The position numbers were made by a program, and so were the translations under genes. DNA of 64,000 bases from Eubacteriales bacterium (GTDB lineage: Bacteria; Bacillota; Clostridia; Oscillospirales; CAG-382): NCBI GenBank assembly GCA_028705495.1, contig JAQWDK010000008.1:1034-65033 (forward strand), given 5' to 3'. The notes under the pieces are model-generated. The model saw nothing but the letters and a program-made list of their open reading frames with translations, had not been told where the DNA came from and searched no databases. Below are positions 1 to 7,676 of this stretch, in pieces; positions within the stretch are counted from its first letter, which is position 1, and every line of letters starts with the position of its first letter.

Positions 1-538
1 GGTCAGGCTATCCCCGACAATGGTTGTTTCCGCTTTGCAAAAACCGTGAATATGGGCAAAGCAGTAATTAAAAAATCCAATACTCGGCTTATCATAGCCG
101 ATCTCCTGAGAAATGAACAAGCCGGACAGATACTTCCAAATCCCTGCGCTCTCAATTCTGCTTCGCTGAACCTTCGCAGTACCATTTGACGCAATGAATA
201 GGCAATAATCCTTTGAAAGAACTTTCAGTGTCTCTTCTGCACCTTCGATGAAATAATGGCCCAAACAGAGCAAATTTTCATAATACTCGGTGGCCTGTTC
301 GGCGGAACAATCCACACCAATTTCGTCAAACAAGATCTGGTAACGCCGTAATTTCACTTGTGACCGCGTGAGCTTGCCCTGTTCCAGCATTCTCCACTGA
401 GCAAGATTAATCTCGCTATATCTTGTAAGAAATTCCTCTTTTGGCTCAACAAGCAAGGTCTTTTTGAGGGCGATCTTTTCTGCCATATGGAAATCGAGTA
501 AAGTATCATCTAAATCGAATAAAATATTTCTTATCATA
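1..538 (-). CDS. HAD-superfamily hydrolase (YjjG-like nucleotidase subfamily); 3' end runs off the window
   Basis: My own translation from the ATG at 538 gives MIRNILFDLDDTLLDFHMAEK...ASNGTAKVQRSRIESAGIWKYLSGLFISQEIGYDKPS...IVGDSLT. It carries HAD motif I (DLDDT) and motif IV (GDS). It is absent from the ORF track because it has no stop inside the window. Confidence 0.8.
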
Positions 539-949
539 AATACTCCTGAAATCAGTTATTAAAATTATAGTAATATTCATATAGTCTCTGATGCGTGAAC
601 CATAGCAAGCGATAATCCCACTGCATAAAGGATTTTCACTGCATCTCCATGCAACAGTGGCGCCAACGCTAAAGCCGATAATAAATACTTTATCGTACCT
701 TTCTTTCAATACGTGAACGAATGCATCTATTTCTGCGTATTGTTTAAAACCAACATTCTGAAAATAATAACGATAGGCCTCTTCTGATTCTGTGTATGGA
801 AACGGATTACGATCAAGCATATTGGGGCAAAAGACATCAAATCCCATTTGCCTATACTGCTTACATTGCTCCCAGATAAATTCATTAATACCATATATCT
901 CATGAAGTATAATCATTGCTTTTGTCTTGCTCTTTAAAATCCCATCCAA
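506..949 (-). CDS. dienelactone hydrolase family protein, apparently C-terminally truncated (possible remnant)
   Basis: AMIILHEIYGINEFI and the nucleophile elbow GFSVGAT are typical of dienelactone hydrolases. Sequence after about aa 120 turns low-complexity and overlaps the HAD gene start, so the distal catalytic residues are not visible. AAGAGG lies 8 nt before the TTG start. Confidence 0.5.
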   Translation of the reverse strand: MDGILKSKTKAMIILHEIYGINEFIWEQCKQYRQMGFDVFCPNMLDRNPFPYTESEEAYRYYFQNVGFKQYAEIDAFVHVLKERYDKVFIIGFSVGATVAWRCSENPLCSGIIACYGSRIRDYMNITIILITDFRSIYDKKYFIRFR

Positions 950-1070
950 TATACATACCTCTTAATCCTATAAAGTGTTCCATGGTGCATATCTCCATCA
1001 ACAACTGCCCTACAGAGGGTTTGTATGTTAATAGATGATACCGCTGCATCGATAAACTAAAAAACCAATC

Positions 1071-1718
1071 CTATTCACTAAGCCACATAATAGTAATCCT
1101 TTTGTTTTCAATTTCAATAAGACCCTCGTCCTTCATTCGTTTTAGCTCGCGAAAAAGTGATGGACGCTGTACACCGAAATAATCGGCAAGTTGTTTTTTT
1201 GTTACAGTCAGTACTACGGTGTTTGACTTCTGCCGGGTCGAAAGTGCCAGCAAATAGTCCATCAAATTCTCTCGCAGGGATTTTTGTGTATACATTGCTA
1301 TTTTCCGGTTCATTCCCTGAGAATTCATCGAAAGGGATTTCACAAACTGCATAACAAAGCCATATTCCTTTAACAATTCCCTGATTCCGGTTGTTGAAAT
1401 TTGAAAGAGAAAACTATCCGCAGTGCAATAGATATTCATTGGGTATCGGTTCTGATTGCCGAATAGCAGGTTGGCTCCGATAATACTACCTGCTTCAAAC
1501 TCGAATACAACAGATTCCGAGCCATTAGGAGACAACGAGTAAGCTACCAGCTTGCCGGAGCATACCACATCCACGACGAAACATTCTGTGTTTTGTTCAT
1601 GCACTGTTGCGCCCTTGCGGTAGGAACTTTTGATAATCTGCTTTTCCTGTACTAAATGCTCTAAAACCTTGCGGTCTGTTTCATAAAAAAGGGGTATTCT
1701 TTTCAGTTCATCTATCAT
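1071..1718 (-). CDS. Crp/Fnr family transcriptional regulator
   Basis: 215 aa with an N-terminal cNMP-binding-like beta-roll and a C-terminal HTH (TKKQLADYFGVQRPSLFRELKRMKDEGLI). GGGAGGA RBS. Confidence 0.8.
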   Translation of the reverse strand: MIDELKRIPLFYETDRKVLEHLVQEKQIIKSSYRKGATVHEQNTECFVVDVVCSGKLVAYSLSPNGSESVVFEFEAGSIIGANLLFGNQNRYPMNIYCTADSFLFQISTTGIRELLKEYGFVMQFVKSLSMNSQGMNRKIAMYTQKSLRENLMDYLLALSTRQKSNTVVLTVTKKQLADYFGVQRPSLFRELKRMKDEGLIEIENKRITIMWLSE

Positions 1719-1826
1719 GTCACTATCCTCCCTGTTTTAATTATACCAAAAAGAAACCTATGTGTCTATCTGTATATGGAACGGAATGCTATACTATTTG
1801 CATTATTATAAAGGAGGTTTTTTGAA

Positions 1827-2141
1827 ATGATTGAACAGATCTTTCAAATGGTACAAAGTGATAAGAAAACGATTGAAAAAGTGATTGTTGATGAAAATGT
1901 AAATGTCAATCACATGATTCTAGGTAAAAACGAAAGTCTTCCCGAGCATTTTTCAAATTCGAATGTCTATATGACTGTTATTAGGGGACTGTTGTCCATT
2001 GGTTTGGATGAACAAGAAGTTCATGAGTATTCCGTGGGTACTGTCTTGAAAATCCCTAAGGGAATCAGAATGAATGTGAAAAACCTGTATGATGACACCC
2101 TTGAGCTGATTGTTGTAAAAGCACCGGCTCCAGGAAAGTAA
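1827..2141 (+). CDS. cupin domain protein
   Basis: 104 aa small beta-barrel-like sequence (LPEHFSNSNVYMTVIRGLLSIGLDEQEVHEYSVGTVLKIPKG). AAAGGAGG RBS. Divergent from the Crp/Fnr gene. Confidence 0.65.
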   Translation: MIEQIFQMVQSDKKTIEKVIVDENVNVNHMILGKNESLPEHFSNSNVYMTVIRGLLSIGLDEQEVHEYSVGTVLKIPKGIRMNVKNLYDDTLELIVVKAPAPGK

Positions 2142-2165
2142 ACTAAGCTCGAAGGGAGGATATGT

Positions 2166-2648
2166 ATGGATATTTTTACTTTAGCAATATGGATTGGCAC
2201 ATTGATTTTTCTCGGAATCTCCTTTTTTAAGGATAAAGTAAGAACAAAGCAGGCACTCAAAATGGCGTTTGGAATGGGTAAGGGGATGGTCGCAAGTATT
2301 CTTTCCATTATTTTTGCAATTGGTTTGATTCTAACATTGCTGCCGCCTACAGAAATCGCTGGCTTTGTAAGCAAGCAGTCAGTATTATTGGCAACATTTG
2401 TCGCGGCGCTGTTTGGCACTATCACTCTCGTTCCTGCTTTTATAGCGTTTCCTCTGGTTGGGACATTGGTTAACGCTGGAGTCGGTATCATTCCGTCTGT
2501 CGCCTTTTTAACTACCTTGACAATGGTTGGCGTGGTAACCTTCCCCCTTGAAAAAAAGGAGTTTGGGGTAAAATTTACCGCAGTTCGCAACGGTCTTAGT
2601 TTTCTGTTTGCAATTATTATTGCGCTTGTAATGGGGGTGATCATATGA
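2166..2648 (+). CDS. permease, small subunit of a split two-component membrane permease (DUF318/ArsP-like)
   Basis: 160 aa polytopic membrane protein. Its stop overlaps the next start (ATGA), suggesting translational coupling. Confidence 0.55.
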   Translation: MDIFTLAIWIGTLIFLGISFFKDKVRTKQALKMAFGMGKGMVASILSIIFAIGLILTLLPPTEIAGFVSKQSVLLATFVAALFGTITLVPAFIAFPLVGTLVNAGVGIIPSVAFLTTLTMVGVVTFPLEKKEFGVKFTAVRNGLSFLFAIIIALVMGVII

Positions 2649-3364
2649 CAATCCTGAAAAAAATAAAGGAAAATCTGTTCTTAGTGGCTGTAGCCTTAGC
2701 CTATATCATATTGTTTTTTATAAAACCGTCCTTAGGAATAGAGTCGGTAAAAAACAGTGGGTATTACATCAAGGAAATGCTCATGATTATGCCGGTCATC
2801 TTTATTCTCACGGCACTTTTGGATATGTGGATTCCAAAGGAAAAAATCATGCGATATCTGGGTAAAGATGCCGGAGCAAAGGGCATTTTCCTCTCTTTTG
2901 TGGTAGGCAGCATTTCAGCAGGCCCGATCTATGCGGCGTTTCCCATGTGCGTTATGCTCCACAAGAAGGGGGCCTCTATCCGCAACATTGTTATTATATT
3001 AAGCTCTTGGGCTGTCATCAAGGTCCCTATGCTACTGAACGAAGCAAAGTTTTTAGGTCCTAAGTTTATGGTGATTCGCTGGGTGCTTACTGTTATTGCC
3101 ATCATCATCTTCTCTTGGATCTCAGCAAAACTTATAAAAGACAAAGATTTACCGGGAGAGGTGCTGGCGCAGCCCGGACTTCATATCAACCGGGACGCTT
3201 GTATGGGCTGCACTCTTTGCGTAAAAAACTATCCTGCGCTGTTTGAAATGCAGGGAAAAAAAGCCGTTATAAAAACATATGAACCCGAATCGCTTGATAT
3301 AGAAATGCTGCAAGACACAATAAAGGCATGCCCGGTTCATGCAATTGAGTATTCCGATGAATAA
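2645..3364 (+). CDS. permease (DUF318/ArsP-like) fused to a C-terminal single-cluster ferredoxin domain
   Basis: 239 aa. A membrane domain is followed by INRDACMGCTLCVKNYPALFEMQGKKAVIK...IKACPVHAIEY, a CxxCxxC...CP ferredoxin pattern. Confidence 0.65.
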   Translation: MTILKKIKENLFLVAVALAYIILFFIKPSLGIESVKNSGYYIKEMLMIMPVIFILTALLDMWIPKEKIMRYLGKDAGAKGIFLSFVVGSISAGPIYAAFPMCVMLHKKGASIRNIVIILSSWAVIKVPMLLNEAKFLGPKFMVIRWVLTVIAIIIFSWISAKLIKDKDLPGEVLAQPGLHINRDACMGCTLCVKNYPALFEMQGKKAVIKTYEPESLDIEMLQDTIKACPVHAIEYSDE

Positions 3365-3423
3365 GCGCAGGGATATACAAAGTTTTCTCGAGTCAGTTGG
3401 TTTTATTTATCATGAGCATTAGC

Positions 3424-3469
3424 AAAAGGGTGAGTGTGAGGAAGTTTCGTTCCTCACACTCACCCTTTT
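3424..3469. terminator. bidirectional intrinsic terminator hairpin (20-bp perfect stem)
   Basis: AAAAGGGTGAGTGTGAGGAA-loop-TTCCTCACACTCACCCTTTT. It is flanked by an A-run and a T-run, and lies between the convergent permease and XRE genes. Confidence 0.75.
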
Positions 3470-3626
3470 GTAGTAAAACCTGGCGGCGCAATATAGGTTC
3501 AGTAGAGCACAAAAAGAACATCCCAGAGAATATTAAGCCAGCAATACAACGATAAGTGGGCGGCTCTGTTCCAATAGGAATAATACAAAAAAACAAGCGA
3601 GCCGAGAATAAAGTGATTCTCGCCCG

Positions 3627-3866
3627 CTATTTTACATCGTCAAATTCTAATAATTTGTACGGCTGAATTTGAAAAACATCGGCAATGGAAAACAGAGTGT
3701 TAAGGGAAATCGGTGTTACAATGTTTGGTGCCTCCACCTGACCCACAAATCCGGTACTTCGATTTATTTTTTCTGCCAGCTCCTCTTGCGTAAAACCATT
3801 GAGTTTTCTGTAATACGCAATTTTAAGACCTATTTGAATATATCGCTTTTTATCAACACTATTCAC
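3627..3866 (-). CDS. XRE-family helix-turn-helix transcriptional regulator
   Basis: 79 aa. IGLKIAYYRKLNGFTQEELAEKINRSTGFVGQVE is a canonical Cro/CI-type HTH. Confidence 0.85.
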   Translation of the reverse strand: MNSVDKKRYIQIGLKIAYYRKLNGFTQEELAEKINRSTGFVGQVEAPNIVTPISLNTLFSIADVFQIQPYKLLEFDDVK

Positions 3867-3894
3867 AAAATCACCTCTTATATATTTTACAGAC

Positions 3895-3971
3895 TTGACC
3901 AGCTTTTTAGAATCGTCTATAATATAATGTATATTAGGTAAGACATAGTAATTATAGTTGTCACCTAATAT
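3895..3971 (+). promoter_or_regulatory. near-consensus sigma-A promoter plus 8-bp inverted repeat upstream of the AbrB-type gene
   Basis: TTGACC (3895-3900), 17 nt spacer, TATAAT (3918-3923). Inverted repeat TATTAGGT (3933-3940) / ACCTAATA (3964-3971). Confidence 0.55.
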
Positions 3972-4003
3972 AAAATAACTAAAACATAAAGGAGGTCACT
4001 TCA

Positions 4004-4255
4004 ATGCAAAGAAAAGTATGTACCCGCAAAGTCGATGAACTTGGCAGGATCGTATTACCTCAAGATGCTCGAAGCGCTTTAAAGATTGGTGAGAAACAAA
4101 GTCTTAATATTTATCTTGAAGATGATTCCATCATCATTCGTAAGAACAACAAGAAGCCCGATTGTGTTTTGTGCGGCGACTCGGAATCCCAATTTGTAGA
4201 AATCAAGCGTTCTTATATTTGCACTAACTGTATTTCTGAAATAAAAGACAACTGA
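4004..4255 (+). CDS. AbrB/MazE/SpoVT-family DNA-binding protein with C-terminal CxxC...CxxC zinc-ribbon-like tail
   Basis: 83 aa. RKVDELGRIVLPQDARSALKIGEKQSLNIYLEDDSIIIRK is a swapped-hairpin (SpoVT/AbrB) signature, followed by CVLCGDSESQFVEIKRSYICTNC. AAAGGAGG RBS. Confidence 0.7.
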   Translation: MQRKVCTRKVDELGRIVLPQDARSALKIGEKQSLNIYLEDDSIIIRKNNKKPDCVLCGDSESQFVEIKRSYICTNCISEIKDN

Positions 4256-4260
4256 AACAG

Positions 4261-4298
4261 CAGCCTCCTTTTACAGAACATTCCGTAAAAGGAGGCTG
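4261..4298 (+). terminator. intrinsic terminator after the AbrB-type gene
   Basis: 14-bp stem CAGCCTCCTTTTAC / GTAAAAGGAGGCTG. Confidence 0.65.
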
Positions 4299-4357
4299 AA
4301 AATTTTATTGATAAGTTTTCATGGGAGGAAGTATGAGCGAACTAAATACATTCAACC

Positions 4358-4558
4358 ATGTGGAAGCAATTTCTTTTAGCGTTTACAGTCCCTAATGCCT
4401 GCTGGGATACAGCGCTCCGAATATGCCGGAAACGCAAGCGCTGTATTCCTATAAATAAACAAACGAAAACATTAGAACTTTCCTGTAGCAGTATGCTCAT
4501 GATTATACCGGTTATCTTTATTCTGAAAGCACTTTTTGATATGTTTTGTTTATCATGA
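4358..4558 (+). pseudogene. 5' stub of a paralogous DUF318-type permease gene
   Basis: Nucleotides 4493-4546 resemble 2777-2830 of the intact permease (peptide MLMIIPVIFILKALFDM versus MLMIMPVIFILTALLDM). The reading frame then runs straight into a copy of the terminator block. Confidence 0.45.
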
Positions 4559-4621
4559 GCATTAGCAAAAGGGTGAGTGTGAGGAATCTCGTTCCTCACA
4601 CTCACCCTTTCGTGGTAAAAC
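4543..4621. repeat. second copy (about 90% identical by eye) of the 3400-3479 block, including the long terminator hairpin
   Basis: Manual alignment of GTTTTGTTTATCATGAGCATTAGCAAAAGGGTGAGTGTGAGGAA...TTCCTCACACTCACCCTTT against 3400-3479. Differences are mainly in the loop. Confidence 0.85.
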
Positions 4622-4711
4622 GGGTCGAAATACCCCACTGCAAATAGTTACCAATGATCATTAAAAATTTAAAAGAATATTTATCCGCTATCTAAAAGTA
4701 TTTATCTTCGG

Positions 4712-7369
4712 TCACATCCAGTCACCGTATCGGCGTATATACACTTTTTTTACTAGCTGCACGCACAGGAGATACCCGGCCAATACTACTATTAACCACG
4801 GAATGAATAATAGCGGAAGGTGCATCATATCAATACCAGTTGCAAGATTTGTGAAGCCAATTACAAGCGCTATCAACGCCATAATAAATGTGGATAAAAA
4901 GAGTGGTGTGGAAGCCTTGCTTTGCAGGAACGGAATCTTTGCTGTACGGATCATGTGAATGACCAGCACTTGTGATACAACCCCGAACACGAACCATCCG
5001 CTTTGAAACAAGGGGGATAGCTCAACAGTATTTGCTTTAATAATCCACCACATAACAGCAAAGCAAAAAAGGTCAAAGATAGAGCTGATTGGTCCCAAAA
5101 AGGCCATAAACGATATAATTGATTTTGTTTCCCACTTGCGGGGCTTCTCGATATATTCCTCATCCACGCTATCAAACGGCATTCCCATTTGTGAAAAGTC
5201 ACACAACAGGTTTTGTATTAGTATCTGTACCGGCAACATCGGCAAAAACGGGAGAAATATGCTGGCCGCAATAACTGAGATCATGTTGCCCAAATTACCG
5301 CTTGCCGCCATTTTAATATATTTTATAATGTTTCCAAAAGTACGCCTGCCCTCAATAACCCCTTGCTCTAGTACCATCAGGTCTTTTTCCAGCAAAATAA
5401 TGTCAGCAGTTTCCTTAGCGATATCCACAGCGCTGTCAACGGAAATGCCGACATCCGCCTGACGCAGTGGAGGTGCATCGTTAATGCCATCGCCCATATA
5501 TCCCACTGTATGCCCTGCTGTCTGAAAGGCTTTCACCACACGCTCCTTTTGGGATGGCGACAACTTTGCGAACAGATCACAAGTCTTCACTGCCTCTAAT
5601 AATGCAGCATCATCCATTTGCTCAATATCATTTCCCATCAATAACTGAGATGTGTCGACTCCCACCTTGCTGCAAACCTTTACAGCCACACCCTCACTGT
5701 CTCCGGTGAGGACAACGGTGCGAACTCCATACTCCCGAAGCGCAGTAATGGCGGCTTTGGCACTCTCCTTCGGAGGGTCCAAAAAGCCCACAAACCCAAT
5801 TAAAACCATATCCTTCTCATCAGCTACACCGAACACCTCAATGTCCGAAACCTCATTTTTTTGTGCCACGGCAATCATGCGCAGACCGTCAGCATTGTGC
5901 TTTTCATAAGTTGATATAGCAATGTGTCGAGTTTCTTCATCCATGGGCAGAATGCGACCCTCTATTTCAACAAAGGACGAGATGCTAATAATCTCCTCTA
6001 CAGCTCCCTTGGTAATCAATTGGCGCTTTCCGCTTTTATCTGACAGAACCACACTCATTCTGCGCCGCGAAAAATCAAATGGGATTTCATCTTCACAACT
6101 ATATCCGTCCAGTAGTTTGCCAAGTCCGTATTTTTCAGCGCGGTTAATGATGGCAAGGTCAATTAAGTTTTTAAGCCCTGTTTGAAATAAACTGTTAAGA
6201 TATGCATGGCGCAGGATGCGTTGGTCGTCCTGACCATGCAAATCCATATACTTTTCCAGCACAATCTTATCTTCAGTCAGTGTCCCCGTTTTATCGGTGC
6301 AAAGCACGTCCATCTCACCAAAGGTCTGTATTCCACCCAGAGTGCGCACAATCACTTTGCGCTTGGACATGGAAACTGCACCCTTGGCAAGCGTTGACGT
6401 CATGATCACTGGCAGCATTTCAGGAGTAAGTCCCACTGCAATGCTGATGGCGAAGAGCAGTGCGCTTAACCAATCACCCTTTGAAAGACCGTTAATTAAA
6501 AGTACAATGGGGACCATCACAAGCATCATGCGAATCAATAGTTTGCTGACTGAATTCACACCGCGTTCAAAGCTGGTTTTTGCTCTATCGCCGGACAGGG
6601 ATTCCGCCATCGATCCAAAATATGTGTCATTGCCGATTGCCAGCACAATGGCCGTAGCACTGCCACTTATAATGTTGGAACCCATAAAGCCGATGTTATG
6701 CAAATCGGTTAAAGCGGTATTTTGCTCCTCTTGCACCCTGCTGAATTTCTCCACAGGATTAGATTCACCGGTCAGCGCTGCTTGCGCGATAAAGGTGTCC
6801 TTGGTAGTTAAAAAGCGTACATCAGCAGGGAGCATATCGCCGGCTGAAAGACGAACGATATCCCCGGGAACGACCTCATCCATAGGAATCCCACTCAATT
6901 TCCCATCACGCCAGACATCTGATTTGTTGGAGATCATTTGAAACAGTTCTTCAACGGCAGCGTTAGAACGTTGGCTTTGAATAAAGGCGACAAAGCTTGA
7001 TAAAAGCACCATCGACAAGACAATGATGACGGTGAGATAGTCAGGTTTTGATGAAGCAACAACATCTGTAAAATATGTGACAACGGTGACAATCAGCAGG
7101 ATAACATTAAAAGGATTGATGATTGCCTCCCTTAATCTGTGCAGCACTGTGTTTTTATTCCCTATGGAAATAACGTTCTTTCCGAACTCAGCCTGTCTGT
7201 TTTCCACCTCATCGCTTGTGAGGCCCAACTGCGCCGATGATAAGGACGAAAACAAATCTTTTGTCGTTAAAAAGGCATAAGAACGAAGCTTACCCTCTGT
7301 GTCTTGCTTGTTTTTTTGGATCTGGTTGCGAAGTTTCTTTTTGTTTATGAAGAAGTTCATCGGAGTCAT
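4712..7369 (-). CDS. mgtA: magnesium-translocating P-type ATPase
   Basis: 885 aa. Contains DKTGTLT (phosphorylation site), TGES, MGDGINDAP and ten-TM architecture. The N-terminus and overall pattern are typical of MgtA/MgtB. Confidence 0.9.
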   Translation of the reverse strand: MTPMNFFINKKKLRNQIQKNKQDTEGKLRSYAFLTTKDLFSSLSSAQLGLTSDEVENRQAEFGKNVISIGNKNTVLHRLREAIINPFNVILLIVTVVTYFTDVVASSKPDYLTVIIVLSMVLLSSFVAFIQSQRSNAAVEELFQMISNKSDVWRDGKLSGIPMDEVVPGDIVRLSAGDMLPADVRFLTTKDTFIAQAALTGESNPVEKFSRVQEEQNTALTDLHNIGFMGSNIISGSATAIVLAIGNDTYFGSMAESLSGDRAKTSFERGVNSVSKLLIRMMLVMVPIVLLINGLSKGDWLSALLFAISIAVGLTPEMLPVIMTSTLAKGAVSMSKRKVIVRTLGGIQTFGEMDVLCTDKTGTLTEDKIVLEKYMDLHGQDDQRILRHAYLNSLFQTGLKNLIDLAIINRAEKYGLGKLLDGYSCEDEIPFDFSRRRMSVVLSDKSGKRQLITKGAVEEIISISSFVEIEGRILPMDEETRHIAISTYEKHNADGLRMIAVAQKNEVSDIEVFGVADEKDMVLIGFVGFLDPPKESAKAAITALREYGVRTVVLTGDSEGVAVKVCSKVGVDTSQLLMGNDIEQMDDAALLEAVKTCDLFAKLSPSQKERVVKAFQTAGHTVGYMGDGINDAPPLRQADVGISVDSAVDIAKETADIILLEKDLMVLEQGVIEGRRTFGNIIKYIKMAASGNLGNMISVIAASIFLPFLPMLPVQILIQNLLCDFSQMGMPFDSVDEEYIEKPRKWETKSIISFMAFLGPISSIFDLFCFAVMWWIIKANTVELSPLFQSGWFVFGVVSQVLVIHMIRTAKIPFLQSKASTPLFLSTFIMALIALVIGFTNLATGIDMMHLPLLFIPWLIVVLAGYLLCVQLVKKVYIRRYGDWM

Positions 7370-7600
7370 TCCTTTCTTTTTTAGAATTCCTCAGCGACAA
7401 ACAAAAGGCAATAAAAAAGCCGCCTTTGTAGGCGGCGATATATGTGCAAACGAAATTAATCCATCAGTACAAATGTACAATGGATAACAATCTGCAATAA
7501 AGCGCCGGCTAGTTGGGCTATGTTTCCACGCTGAGGTTTTAGGGCTACCTAACGGATCTCGAGGTTGGTCATCCATTGTCTCACTTCCTTATTAATATAA
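7370..7600 (-). promoter_or_regulatory. structured 5' leader of mgtA with an intrinsic terminator (attenuator; possible Mg2+-responsive element)
   Basis: On the minus strand, GCCGCC-UACAAA-GGCGGC followed by a U-run (plus-strand coordinates 7411-7437) lies about 45 nt before the start codon. It is preceded by hairpin AUCCAUUGUACA..UGUACUGAUGGAU and a CGUUAGGU motif reminiscent of the M-box 5' end. Other M-box core motifs were not recognised. Confidence 0.45.
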
Positions 7601-7676
7601 TATGGTTAATCCACTATACTATTATACGTTGGTAACCTAAATAAAGCAATAGGAATTGCCATGTTGTTGAAGTGAC

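Noticed and set aside
2021-2644. 207-aa minus-strand ORF overlapping the cupin and small permease genes
   Set aside because: It is antisense to two genes that have good RBSs and coupled stops and starts. The sequence is low-complexity (Ile/Thr/Pro/Lys-rich) with no RBS.
3393-3596. 67-aa minus-strand ORF downstream of the XRE gene
   Set aside because: It runs through the 20-bp-stem terminator hairpin and has no RBS. It is probably non-coding.
4951-7280. Numerous 60-214-aa ORFs inside or antisense to mgtA
   Set aside because: These are shadow ORFs within a long, well-supported P-type ATPase gene, with no independent signals.
7370-7600. Confident M-box (ykoK) riboswitch call for the mgtA leader
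   Set aside because: Only the CGUUAGGU start resembles the consensus I remember. The other conserved cores were not found by eye, so I kept it as a generic attenuator leader until a covariance-model search is run.
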